Source of the DNA: Eremomyces bilateralis CBS 781.70
Taxonomy: Eukaryota
Reading direction: 5' to 3' (one strand)
Assembly (NCBI GenBank): GCA_010015585.1
Contig: ML975153.1
Length of the DNA stretch: 41,710 bases
In this document: one piece after another, positions 13,424 through 25,306 of the stretch
Numbering within the stretch: the stretch's first letter is position 1
Layout of the letters: the number at the start of each line of letters is the position of its first letter
Notes under the pieces: model-generated
Databases searched by the model: none
The model's input: the letters and a program-made list of their open reading frames with translations, nothing else
What the model was told of the DNA's origin: nothing
Program-made: the position numbers and the translations under genes

Positions 13424-15817
13424 ATGGCAAACAATAACCCCAAGCAAGAGATTGTGCATACTACGATGGCAGATGCTCCAGAAACGATACCGGACGCCGT
13501 CAAGTCTCACTCAATACTCGATTCTTCATTTCCTGTCTTTGTCCCTCATCTTGATGAGTTGTATATGTCAGGAGAAGAGCTTCGAGCTGCAATCCGCAGC
13601 TTGGGTATCGCTTCCTCGAAAAAGGAAGAATCGATCAAGACGAAACCGACCTTGAAGGAGGATAAAGAGGATACTAAGGCCATAACTGAAGGGACCGAGC
13701 AACCACGCTCAGTCTTCATGGACGCCCTCAACAAAAGCAATGCCTTCCACGAGACAACGGAAACACTCAAGGAACAGAACAAGATGCTCACGCAAAACGC
13801 AGACGTGGCCTTCATCTCCACCAAATCTCCCCTTGTCGACCTGTTCTACGAACTGAAGGGCGAGTTTATCCGGGAGAATGCCGAGAAGCAGTTCGCCGAA
13901 GCATGGAAGGCCAGTCCTCTGACGACTCTGAAGATCATCTTCAACGCCCGCAGCATCCACCTAGGGAAATCCGAGAAGTTCAGCGTTTACAATGCGCTTG
14001 GATGGCTGTACGAACATCATCCCCAGACGCTGATCGCCAACCTGCAGTGGCTGGTACGGCCTGTGATCGAGAAGAAGCCCGCCAAGCCGGAGAAGGATCA
14101 AGTGAAGTCGACTAAGGAAGAAGACGATGATGATATGGTCATGCTCGACGAGGATGGCGAGGAGATCAGCGACCCTGCCGCGTTTGATGTCAAAGATGGT
14201 GGCTCCCATGGCTACTGGAAGGATCTTCCCAATATTATTGCGCTTGCATCCAAGGACATGCTCGCATGGAATAGTTCTCCGAGGGCGCTCTTTAATGTCG
14301 ACGTGCGAAAAGCGAAGCGAGCCTCAAAAGACGTCTGGGACCATGATAGTGCGACGAAGCTCCGCGTGGAGAAGCGGGACAAGACGCATGAAACTGCAGT
14401 CGCGAAACTGCTGGCCGATAACAAGTATCGACTCCTGTATGTAACGGTTGCTCGCCTCTTTGCGGACCAGCTTCGTCTCGATCTCAACCGCCTGAAATCG
14501 GGCGACAAGGAGCAAATTCGAAAGATCTCCCTCGCTGCGAAATGGGCTCCGTCGTTCCGCGGACTGCACGATAAGAACACTTTCATCGTTTCTTCGATCG
14601 CAGAGATCCTGTATCCTCATGCTGAGGTATGCCCCGACGTCCCGACCGCCGACCGCGAGACCTACCTGAAACATGCCCGCGAAGCATACCGGAAAGGGAC
14701 GTTGTCTCCGCTTCGGAAGCATCTGGATATTGTCGAGCGTGATATATCGGCCAAAACATATTCCAACATCAAGTATGACCGCGTTCCGTCGGTTGCGATG
14801 GATCGCTACACCGAGCTATTCGCAAAGAAGGACAACGAGCGATTCGCGACATACCTGGAAAAAGTCGTCGAAGGCACGGCGCAAATCTCCGGAGCCATCC
14901 TGCTTCCAGGTACCCTCGTTGCCAAAGCCAGGGGCAATGCAAAAAACTCCGATCTGAAAGGGGCTGTTACGGCGAAGGTCTTAGACGGCCAGTGGGAGTC
15001 AATCGTCAAGCGGATTCGCGAGGCTGGCACGCTTCAGTCGTCGATCGCAGTCTGCGACGTCAGCGGATCAATGAGGTATCCAACCTTCCTGGACAAGACC
15101 CAGCCGATGGATCATGCAGTCGGCCTTTCTCTACTCCTTGCCGAAGTGACCGCACCGCCATTCGGAGGCTCGTTTATAACCTTTTCTCAAAGCCCTCAGG
15201 TCATGAAGGCCGGCGGACCGGACGATAAGAAGAAGTTCTGCGAGAAGGTCGCTTACATATGTAATAGCGACTGGGGGCAGAACACGAATTTCGTCAAGGT
15301 CTTCGAGGACCTGATCCTTCCCATCGCCGTGGAGAATAAGATCCCTCAGGAAGACATGATCAAGCAGGTGTTTGTTTTTTCGGATATGCAGTTTGATGGG
15401 GCTCAGATGTCGGACGCGAGGTGGTCAACCTCTTTCGAGCGAATCAAGAAGAAATACGAGGACGCGGGATACGAGTTGCCAACGCTGGTGTTTTGGAATT
15501 TGGCAGAGAGCAGCGGTTTTTGGGATAGTTCGGATTCGGAGGCGGAGGCGGAACAAAGCAACGACCCCAAACCTGTGACGGCAGACGAGCCCGGAACTGC
15601 GCTGGTGAGCGGATACAGCCAGGGTATGTTGAAGGTGTTCTTGGATGGGGGTGGCTTTGAAGGGGAAGACGATGAGATCGTCGAAGAGGTGGTCAAAGGA
15701 GAAGATGGGGAAGATGTCGTGACGGTGAAGAAAGTGAAACCAAAGCTGGACCCCTTGAAGGTCGTGAAAAAGGCGGTCAGCCATAAGGCGTACAGCATGT
15801 TGAGGGTTGTCGATTGA
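13424..15817 (+). CDS. DUF2828-family protein with C-terminal vWA domain (TROVE/Ro60-like architecture), intronless
   Basis: 797-aa ORF: STKSPLVDLFY, PLTTLKIIFNARSIHLGKSE, HGYWKDL, SLAAKWAPS, IKYDRVPSVAM, MIDAS-type CDVSGSM, FITFS, WGQNTNF, FVFSDMQFD, VFWNL, ALVSGYSQ. Confidence 0.88.
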   Translation: MANNNPKQEIVHTTMADAPETIPDAVKSHSILDSSFPVFVPHLDELYMSGEELRAAIRSLGIASSKKEESIKTKPTLKEDKEDTKAITEGTEQPRSVFMDALNKSNAFHETTETLKEQNKMLTQNADVAFISTKSPLVDLFYELKGEFIRENAEKQFAEAWKASPLTTLKIIFNARSIHLGKSEKFSVYNALGWLYEHHPQTLIANLQWLVRPVIEKKPAKPEKDQVKSTKEEDDDDMVMLDEDGEEISDPAAFDVKDGGSHGYWKDLPNIIALASKDMLAWNSSPRALFNVDVRKAKRASKDVWDHDSATKLRVEKRDKTHETAVAKLLADNKYRLLYVTVARLFADQLRLDLNRLKSGDKEQIRKISLAAKWAPSFRGLHDKNTFIVSSIAEILYPHAEVCPDVPTADRETYLKHAREAYRKGTLSPLRKHLDIVERDISAKTYSNIKYDRVPSVAMDRYTELFAKKDNERFATYLEKVVEGTAQISGAILLPGTLVAKARGNAKNSDLKGAVTAKVLDGQWESIVKRIREAGTLQSSIAVCDVSGSMRYPTFLDKTQPMDHAVGLSLLLAEVTAPPFGGSFITFSQSPQVMKAGGPDDKKKFCEKVAYICNSDWGQNTNFVKVFEDLILPIAVENKIPQEDMIKQVFVFSDMQFDGAQMSDARWSTSFERIKKKYEDAGYELPTLVFWNLAESSGFWDSSDSEAEAEQSNDPKPVTADEPGTALVSGYSQGMLKVFLDGGGFEGEDDEIVEEVVKGEDGEDVVTVKKVKPKLDPLKVVKKAVSHKAYSMLRVVD

Positions 15818-15933
15818 TTTCTGCCGAAAATTGAACTTGGGGCCTTTCGTGGGGGCGCATGAAGGCAGCGGGATACCTCTCCTCTCTGGTTGAGGACGTG
15901 TGGACATGGAGCGGATGCCTCCCCCTGTATATT

Positions 15934-16807
15934 TCAGCGAAACCACCAATTCACCTTTTAATAGTTAGCTGGATCCGATGACAATAAGAAATGTGATACC
16001 TACTGATGCCGATATTTTGCCTCCTACCCCTCGTACGGCGTGCCACCAACTCAGAGGAATAAACACAGCATCACCTGGATAAAGGCACGCCTCAACTCCA
16101 TGAACCAGCTCTTCTCCTTGCTTCTCACCCCAAATCAAGTCCTCTGCTACTCTCCTCTCCTCCCCGCCCATCATCTCCACTCCTCGCATCCTCCCGATAC
16201 CTTGTCTTCCGACTCTCATCTTCACCTCCTGAAACACCTGCTTTCCATCATCTGGTGCGATCATTCTGATCTGCTTCTCTCCCGCCAATTGCACCAGCAA
16301 GTTTGGATTTGGGTCACGGTGCAAGGGCGTCACAGTCGGTGGGTAGCCCATCCAAAGACTTGACCCATAGACGTCACCTTTCCCGGCTTTTTGAACTAGC
16401 TCGGGGAGCGGTAGGTCATGAATAAGCGGCCCGGGGAGCTCGTCGAGAGAGGCTTGCGCCAGGTACAAGTTGGAATCATGACCTTCTGCAGCAGATTGCT
16501 TCATATCCACCCATTTCAAGAATAAATCCAAAGGGACATTTTGCCGGCGGAATTCAACGGTCCCTGAGCCATCCTGAGACTTCACCGTATGCTCCAGCGG
16601 AACAATAGTTGAGCTATATTTCCCCAGGTAGCCAATGTCCAGCTTGCCATTGCCATCGAACCACTTATCGATGGCGTTGATGCGGGGTTGGACGGTGTTA
16701 CGAAGCAACACCGGAGTGGAAGATTGAAAAAATTGTGACTTGAACTTGAGGGCGTTGAGGTTTTCGATTGCTATCAACGGTTTGAATTGGCAAGAGAGTC
16801 GTTGCAT
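15934..16807 (-). CDS. JmjC/cupin-like Fe(II)/2-oxoglutarate oxygenase
   Basis: LYLAQ, SSLWMG, TPLHRDPNPN (HxD), GDAVFIPLSWWHAV (distal His). An intron at 16003-15955 gives the terminal exon VNWWFR*. Confidence 0.9.
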
Positions 16808-17007
16808 TGGGGGATGTGTCGTCGCTCAGACAATGCTCTCGTGGAAACAATTTATTGTAAAGAGCTCATGCTCGCAGACAGCACACTTTAAGACAGGCGT
16901 CAATCACGATAGTAATAAACAGGTCCTGATGAGATGAGACCGGGAATCTTTGATTGTCTTCTCTGGTCGTCTGGTGAGACACAGGCCCGGAGAGGTCGGA
17001 AATGGCA

Positions 17008-17047
17008 TGACTCAACCAGATCCTGGCGCGTCGAAAATGCGAGTCAT
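17008..17047. promoter_or_regulatory. Pair of CpcA/Gcn4-like sites about 200 bp upstream of the JmjC gene
   Basis: TGACTCA at 17008-17014 and GAGTCAT (ATGACTC on the minus strand) at 17041-17047. Motif match only. Confidence 0.3.
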
Positions 17048-17312
17048 CAAAAGGAGACGCGTCTGCGTCACGGAAACGTCCGCGTTCAGAAAAACACCAA
17101 TGTCAAGCAATTTCATATAATAATGGTTGATTCTTAAATAATTTAGTTCAAAACTCCAGGTCGATATTCTTGTCAAAGTCATAAGCGCCCGCCTACATGA
17201 GGATAGATACAGCAGTGCTGCATTGAAGAGCTGCAACAATAGCCATCCATTTACATCCCATCTACTGTTCTAGGTCTCATGTCCAAATGTTCATCGATCA
17301 TACGGATATATA

Positions 17313-18843
17313 TCAAACTGCAAAAGGACAGCCTCCCCTCCTTGCCTCGGTCAAGGTTCTCCTGGTCTCCTCCATCTCCTTCTTCCCCTTGCCCCTGAAT
17401 AATTTCGGGCCAACCTCCTCCAAATCGTATCCATCCGGCTCATATTTCGGGTCGCCCGGGTACGGCAGACCCATCGTCCACTTGTACCATGCGGTGATGC
17501 CCCATCGGTTGGCAAACGTGGCGGGGATGTACCACGGCTCGGACATGTAGAGGACTTTGTGGCTGCGGCCGGTCTTGGGGTCTGGTTGCGAGAAGGCCTT
17601 GAAAGGGATGATTCGCGGGAGAGCGAGGTATCGGAGGAAATATTTGCGGACCAGAAGACCCGTGTCGACGGTGAATTTCAGTGGTGCATAAGGCGGAGGA
17701 TACCTGGAGAACGAACAAGAGTCAGGAATGGATATTGAGGGCAGAAGTAAGGGACTCACATCATGGCAGTTCGCAGCTTTTCGTCCATCAAGCAGCTCAC
17801 AAATTGATTTCCAATCCATTTGAGCGGGCCAGGCACATCGTACACAAGAATGCGCACGGTTTCATCCGCAGTTTTCTTGTTGTACTCGCTCGGCACCATG
17901 TGTTGCTGTTCGTATTTGGTGGCCCATTCCTGGACATCTTCCAGCCATTCCAGGCCATCTTTCCATCCCATATGAAAGCGTCGAAGGGCTTCAAACGAGA
18001 TTCCTTGGGCATCGCCGATGGCTTTCCAGAACACACCCCTTGTTTGGCATTAGATGGACCGTCTTGGAGCGAGTCAATGTGAGGAAGACTTACACTGCGC
18101 ACTTCTCCAATTCCGAGTTTCCTCTCCATTCGTACATGCCGACGAATTTGATTGGTTCCAGTGCAAACAAGCTGAGCGTATATAGCAGATCATCGTTGCT
18201 GATTTTTCCTGACTTTCGGTAGCCCCTACTCAAAAAGTAAGAATCTGCTGCGGCTGTCAAGTACGGAAGATTTGCGAGACGACATACGAATGAAGGTAGT
18301 TCATCCTGGAGATAGCATTGATGGTTCTCTCGGAATCAGGCGGATTTATAACAAACTCGCCGATCAAGACCTCCGTATCAGCGTATCGCTGCTATCGTTA
18401 ACTTCGTGTCGCCAGGTAGTTACGCCTGTGAAGAGTACCTTTGATGCTAACGAGACGTCGGAAAGCTGCTTAGTATCTACGAGTAGTTTGCTTATTGTTG
18501 GGATTCCATATGTCCTGAACAGCGCAAACTGCAACGCTTTCTGCCCCATGAATGGGAATTCATACTCCCCCAGCATCTTATTAATCTCCCATGCTTGAAG
18601 GGTCGTCATCCGCGAGAGCGAGTCTCTTGTAGGAAACGGAAATTTGGCGTGGATCTTGTCCCGCCGACGGTATCGAAGGAGTCGGACAAGCAGAAGATAT
18701 GCGATGGATGCAACGGCAACATTGCGAGGCGCCAGGTAAGTCCCCCATGGTAATTGTAATAGTTGAGACTTCGACAACTCGATCCGGGCTATGATTTTCT
18801 CAAGCAACTGACGAACGAAATCTGTAGATAATGAAGAAGACAT
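17313..18843 (-). CDS. ER-bound oxygenase of the MpaB / rubber oxygenase (Lcp-like) family; multi-exon
   Basis: N-terminal TM, then EFPF..ALQFALFRTYGIPTISKLL, KRYADTEVLI, AISRMNYLH, GKISNDDLLYTLSLF, FWKAIGDAQGI, LMDEKLRTAM, and C-terminal GCPF. Several short introns between 18438 and 17704. Confidence 0.87.
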
Positions 18844-19894
18844 ATTGACCGAACTGCGCCGAAAGAACGACGAATAGAGGTTGGAAGGAGCAAGGAAACA
18901 CCAGAACCGAGAACCTACATCTCTAAGGAATATCTTCTACTTTTCATAGTCATTTGGATTTCCCGAGGCTTGACGTCGATAGTTGAAAATGCAGATAGAA
19001 CGGTGCTTTCACATGTGGACTCCATCAGGGGGAAAAGGTACGTACCGGGTGCGTGTGAGCGCGTGGGGCACGCCAGTGTGGAGTGTAGACATCAGCCTTA
19101 TACCCGACGAACCCGAGTCTTGATTGGTGAGTAGATCGGAGCGAACTAGAAGTCGAGCAAGCGAGTTGGCTATAATTGCACCGTCGGGATAACGTCGAAC
19201 GACGAGACGATATGGCTTGCTCATGTGCTTGCTGGCGGTCCTCGGCCCAACAAACTGAAGGATCATCGGGGTGTGAGTTAAGAATTGAGATTCTTCTGGC
19301 TCCTTCCGTTTGTCTGACTCGACAAAAGCAGTCAATGGGGTGATCTGGAACAGATCGATCCGAGAGGTACATGATGTAAATGGTTCGGACGAGATGAAAC
19401 CGTACTGGACCCCGCATGAATGGACGGATTATGACGCCAAGCCGGATTACAATCATCATTAACAGGCGCCATCACCCTTCTAAGTCTAACAAATGGGGAA
19501 CATTCCATACGAGCGGGATCAGATTGAACGAGTCAGACGAGAATTATCACTCGATTAGGGTTGGAGGGGGATTCGGATCAAAGCTGGAGCCGCATCCGAA
19601 GCCGGTCAACCCCTGTCTCGGGAGCGATCCGTACTCAATCCGAGCCCTAACTGCCATCAGCTCTGTGGATGCTGATATCAGACCATTTTTCCAGGTCTAT
19701 GTCGTGTTGTCGATGCTAAAATTTATCTACGTGGAATCCATACCAAGGGGGGGGGAATGTTTATCTACGATTATATCAGATGGGCAGGTTATCCCCAAAA
19801 CCGCTGCGGAATGCTCATATCTCCACACGAAAGTCTCCCAGAAGAAACAAAACCCAAACATTCCTCAGGGTTGGCAACTGCTCCTGGACAGAGC

Positions 19895-21229
19895 TTAGGT
19901 GATTTGGACGCTGTTTTCGAGTTAATAGATGATCCTCTTAGTCAGACTCGACATACCTCCAAGGATGGGCATCGTCGCCATACTGGATCCGTTCAATCCA
20001 TTGCTTAACCTGTACCGTCAAGGGCCCCGCTTCCTCGCCCTTGGGGAGCCCGCAGTCGATCAGACGGCCCTTCCATGAGATCACCCGCACAGGATTGACG
20101 ATGGCAGCCGTACCGGTTCCGAAGACCTCGAGCAGCCTCCCCTCCTCGGATGCCTCCGCGACATCTTTCATCCTCATTTTGCGCTCCGAGACGGTCCATC
20201 CCTCCGGCTGGAGCCGCTCGCGAGCAAGGGCAAGAACCGAATCACGGGTGACGCCGCTCAAGATCGTGCCATCGAGCGGAGCGGTGACCAATTCCTTCTG
20301 GCCAGTTTCCTTGTTCTTGAGCGCGACGAACAGGTTCATGGTGCCAACTTCGGTGATGTACTCCTCCTCGCCAAATAACCATAAGTTCTGGTGGAACCCG
20401 CGGCTAGCCGCCTCCATCTGGGGCAAAATGCATGGTGCATAGTTGGCTCCCAGCTTCTTGTCGCCGACACCACCAGGCCATGCTCGGGTGGCATAGTCCG
20501 TGGCTTCCAAAGACACCGCCTTGAACCCGGTAGGGTAGTATGGGCCAACTGGTGAAGCGATGACGTAGAAAAGCGCCGAGCCCGGTGGTCCAACACCAAT
20601 GGTCTTTTGCGTGCCGATCATTGTAGGTCGGAGATACAACGAGTATCCTCGTTGCTGCGGAATGAACCTCTGCTCGAGCTTGACAAGCTCCGAAATTAGT
20701 TGGATGCCGGCATCGCCGTCGAATGTTGGTAGAGCGATCCGAGCCACGGAATTGTTGAGTCGCGCCATATTCCGGTCCGGTCGGAATAACCGCACATGTC
20801 CCTCGTCGTCCCTGTAAGCCTTCATGCCCTCGAAGGCGGTAAAGGCATAATGAAATACGCAGGTCGCGGGGTCGAGACTAAGGTTTTGGTAAGGCGTGAT
20901 TCGAGGAGGAAGCCATCCCTGTGAAGCTGTCCACTCCATTGACAACATATGATCTGGAAACCAGTCAGATAAAGGTATGAATTGCGGAAGGGACGCCGAC
21001 CTGTAAACGTCCTGCCGAACACGAGTTCCTCTGGAGGCGTAAGCTGCTTAGGGTGTGCAGTTTTCTCGATGGTCAACTTTGTAGGATCGAGACCTGGTAA
21101 CTTCATGCCTGACGCAGCAGGCGTCTTGATGCTGTAGCACCTGCTCCATTGATACTGTGATTGTTGAGAAATCGAATTACGGCTTCTGAGCAGCGACCGT
21201 AGTGGTCCTTGAGAGCGTAATGAAACCAT
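19895..21229 (-). CDS. BAT1: Branched-chain amino acid aminotransferase, mitochondrial
   Basis: Arg/Ser-rich presequence ending WSRCYS; LVFGRTFT(DH), FEGMKAY, LYLRPT, GDKKLGANY (PLP lysine), EVGTMNLF, GVTRDS, FGTGTAA. Introns near 21000-20955 and 19956-19911. Confidence 0.96.
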
Positions 21230-21798
21230 TATGTGCAGGCCACTAGGTGTATGAGGAATGGAGGATGCTCGTTGGTCTAGGAGAAGGCGAGATGAAGAAA
21301 CTAGGAATTACGAAGAGATTTAGAAAAGCGACCGTGGGATACAGTCACTCAAAAGTCATTGAATCCTGGAGCAGTAGGGAATGTCAATGGGCGTGCGCCG
21401 GACCAAAATCGGAGTGATAGTGGAGATGTCGACAACTCCAGGTAATTACTCCCAAGCCGATGTGAGCCGTTCAGACATCCCTGTCGCCAAATCCCGCCAT
21501 CCAGGGACGCGACAGCTGCTGTGAATGTCGATACGGATATGTAGCTCCCCATTAAACGTGGCGTTACTGCGTTCCATCTCGAGAGACATACTGCGACAGG
21601 CAGCTTCACAGGTTGCGTCGCATCAAGGCAAACCATTGTTTGTTTCGAGCATTACGAGTTCTAATAGTACACAAACCTCCGCTGAAGGACGGGGAAGGCT
21701 GTTGCGGTCCAAATGCCACCATCATGAGCCAGCCCATACGAAAGGACCCCGACATCGAGTGATAGCATTGGTCCTGTGTACGGCATTGTGGAAGCACC

Positions 21799-24635
21799 AT
21801 GTTTTCCAACGCCCTCAAATCCTTTACCTCGAATATCTCCTCTAATTACTCCGTCGCATCCCAACCGTCCTCACTATCAGGTCCGTGGAAGATCTACGAT
21901 GCGAAGAAGAAGTCCACCGGCAAGGCCGCCTCGGTCTTTGTGTTCGACAAGAAGTCTTTGGAACCCCATGGAGGCGGGTTGGGTGGAAGGTCCAGTACCG
22001 CGTCATTGAAGCGCGTACATGAGGAGGTGGTGGAGAGGCTCAAGAAGGAGGCCAGCTCGCTCGCCCGACTAAGACATCCAAGCGTTCTGGAACTGGTTGA
22101 GCCGGTAGAGGAAACGAGGGGTGGTGGGCTGATGTTCGCAACGGAGCTAGTAACGGCATCGTTGGCTGGATTGCTACAAGAAAAGGATGATCAAGAGAGA
22201 TCGGGAGGCGTTGGTGGAAGGCCAAGCAAATATGTCGTCGAAGATGCCGAGGGGGTCAAGAGGAGACGAGAGCTCGAGATCGACGAGTTGGAGATACAAA
22301 AAGGGTTGCTGCAGCTTGGGAAAGGCCTCGAGTTCTTGCATGAGAGTGCTGGACTAGTTCATGGGAACTTGACCCCCGACGCGATATTCATCAACGCCAA
22401 ATCCGACTGGAAGATAGCCGGCCTTGGATTCTCCAGTCCACCGAGCGACTCTACCTCCTCGACGCCGTCAATATCCCTATCCGAAGTGTTGAATTCCGAC
22501 CCTCGACTTCCGAGATTTGTTCAGCTAAATCTCGACTATTCGTCGCCGGACTTTGTCGTCGACAACAATATAACGACTGCAGCCGATATGTTCACCTTGG
22601 GTATTCTGATCCTCGCGCTGTATAACTCCCCTCACAAAAGCCCCCTGGACACCTCCTCGAGCATTTCTACCTATAAGCGCATCTTTTCATCTTCCTCGTC
22701 GGTGCCTTCGCAAGGCAATAATTTCCTTATCAAAGGCTCACTACCCCGTGAAGTCCCGAACCTCCTATCCCGACTTATTACCCGACGACCGGCGCAGAGG
22801 CTCAGCGCGAGAGAGTTCCAACAAGCCTCATATTTTGACAACATCCTTATTTCGACCATTCGATTTCTGGAGAGTCTCCCGGCGAAGACCCCCAGCGAGA
22901 AATCACAGTTCATGCGGGGACTCCCGAGGATCTTGAACCAGTTTCCCAAAACGGTGCTGGAGAAAAAGGTGCTCCCTGCATTGCTGGATGAGACCAAGGA
23001 TCGGGAGTTACTTGCAATGGTGCTGCAAAATGGTTTCAAGATTATCACCACCCTCCCACCCACACATGCCCGACGAGCGTTCACGGACAAGGTGATCCCG
23101 AAGCTGAAAGATGTTTTCACGACACCGAGCGGATCAAAAGTCGCTGCTCCAGAACGGGACACCGCAAAGGAAGCGGGACTAATGGTTTTGCTGGAGAATC
23201 TAAAAACTGTATCGGATCATTGCACAGGCAAGGATTTCAAAGACGACATCCTCCCCATTGTCGTACTAGCGCTCGAATCCCCGACCCATTCTCTTGTCGA
23301 CGCTGCTCTGCGAAGCCTTTCTATCATCCTTTCGATCCTAGATTTCTCCACTGTGAAAAACGAACTCTTCCCAGTCATTGCAGCGGTGTTCAGCAAAACC
23401 AGTAGCATGGGGATCAAAATCCGCGGATTGCAAGCTTTCAATGTGCTGTGTGGTGGCACCCCTGGAGCAGACGACCAAGACGATGGTGGATTAAGCGGAT
23501 TCGGCACGGATCAGTCGCCAACAGCAAAGACAAATTCTGTCATCCTAGACAAGTATACCATTCAAGAGAAGGTCGTGCCGCTCATGAAAGGAATCAAGAC
23601 GAAGGAACCTGCAGTGATGGTATGTACACATATCTCTACTCCTCGGCTGATACTAATGGATCGTAGATGGCCACCCTCGAAGTGTTCCGGGAAGTTGGCA
23701 AGATCGCCGACTCGGACTTCCTTGCTATGGAAGTGTTGCCGATCCTCTGGAGCTTCAGTCTCGGTCCACTCCTCAACCTTTTGCAGTTCCAGTCGTTCAT
23801 GTCGCTCATCAAGTCCATTTCCACGCGCATCGAACAAGAACAGACCCGCAAACTCCAAGAACTGGGCTCCACCACGGCCGCAGCGGCGACGTCCAGTGAT
23901 TTCATGACCTTCGGGCCCAGTGGAACGAACGGCGCCCTCGGCTCCGCTGGGGGAGATGAGGTGGATTTCGAGAGTCTGGTGCTGGGGCGGAAGCCGGGTG
24001 CGGCCGCTGACCCGCTTGGAAACGACTGGATGTCTTCCGCATCCGCATCGTCATCGCTCCCTCATCGACCAACACAAAACACCGCGCCAGCGCCTACATT
24101 CTCATGGTCGTCACCGCAGACCTCGTTGTCCCCGTCAGGCACTGGCGTGCTTACGCCTCAGACTGCATCCTCCCGTGCAATCACCCCCGAGCTCAACTTG
24201 AGCAGTTTTGCCACCCTCCAACCGTCGAATCCAGGAACGGGCGGCTCTTTCGGCCAACCTCTCCAGCATTCAAAGCCAACTATGAACCAGCTTAATCCTA
24301 GCCAATCCTCCATTGATTGGTCTCGAGCATCGGGGGCGCCAAATACTGCCATGGGCGGTACCACAAACATATGGGCCACTCCCTCCTCCCCGGCGCCTCC
24401 TTTTAACAGCATGCAGTCGTCTAGCGCATTTTCCATCCCTCCACCCGCGCCGTCACAATACTCGAGCTTTAACATCGCGCCGCCATCATCGCAAAGCAGA
24501 CCTTCGGTGAATCAAGGTACACTCGGGGGCGGCACGTCTAGTTTTCAGCGACAAACAAGCCAACTACCAGGGCCACCAGCACCGCAGAATCACGCTCAGA
24601 AGCAAGGATTGGACAAGTACGAGAGCTTAATATGA
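21799..24635 (+). CDS. SCY1: SCY1-like pseudokinase with HEAT repeats and low-complexity tail
   Basis: GPWKIYDAKKKSTGK, LARLRHPSVL, DELEIQKGLLQ, HGNLTPDAIFINAKSDWK, IKTKEPAVM; intron about 23620-23667; C-terminus KQGLDKYESLI. Confidence 0.95.
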
Positions 24636-24691
24636 GGAAAATGCAATCCGTGTCATTTGCCGTCATCATGCCCCTTGCGAAATGAGAAGAA

Positions 24692-25306
24692 CTAAGATCT
24701 GAAGGATATTGCGGTGGTAAGAATCACGCACAACACCGGGACCCCTAAAATCAACACCATCCCGAAAATTAGGATCCCAACAAATGTCATCATCCGCGAC
24801 ATGAACGTCTGTCGCCGCAAATACGTCCCGAACTCTGCGCACCGTTGCTCCGCGGCTCTCCGCGACGTCGAGCGGTGCCATCGCCGCGGGCATGCCTCTC
24901 CCAGTTGTGTTTCCGGCGCAATTGTGGCGGTTGGCGACGGAGACAGTGCAGCAGGGTTTGTACTCGCTTGCTCGACCGGCGCATCGGAAGTCGAGGAGGA
25001 ATCTTCGGTCGTGTCGGCGCCCACGCTGCGTCCGAACCACGGGAAGAAGCCCCACGGGCGTCTGGTGGTCGCGGTGCTGGACTCGGTCGCCGGATGCTGT
25101 TCGCGGCCATCTTCGAGCAGGGTCATGGGATATTCGGGGGCATTGGTCGAGGCGGTGGAGGTGGCGTTGGGTAACGAGGTCAGGGTGCGGCCCCATCTGT
25201 GGCTCCCGGGTCGGCGGACGGTTTCCAGGGAGGGGTTGCTGTTGTCGCATGCATGGGTTGCGGAAAGGGTGTGCATAGGGTATGGGTATGTTTGGTTGTG
25301 GGCCAT
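24692..25306 (-). CDS. Hypothetical Ser/Thr-rich protein with C-terminal hydrophobic segment
   Basis: ATG-started ORF of about 204 aa (MAHNQTYPYP...) ending in MMTFVGILIFGMVLILGVPVLCVILTTAISFRS. No family recognised. Confidence 0.5.
   Translation of the reverse strand: MAHNQTYPYPMHTLSATHACDNSNPSLETVRRPGSHRWGRTLTSLPNATSTASTNAPEYPMTLLEDGREQHPATESSTATTRRPWGFFPWFGRSVGADTTEDSSSTSDAPVEQASTNPAALSPSPTATIAPETQLGEACPRRWHRSTSRRAAEQRCAEFGTYLRRQTFMSRMMTFVGILIFGMVLILGVPVLCVILTTAISFRS

Noticed and set aside
15934..21229. Secondary-metabolite cluster of JmjC, MpaB-like and aminotransferase genes
   Set aside because: No backbone synthase, cluster transporter or regulator, and the aminotransferase looks like the housekeeping mitochondrial enzyme.
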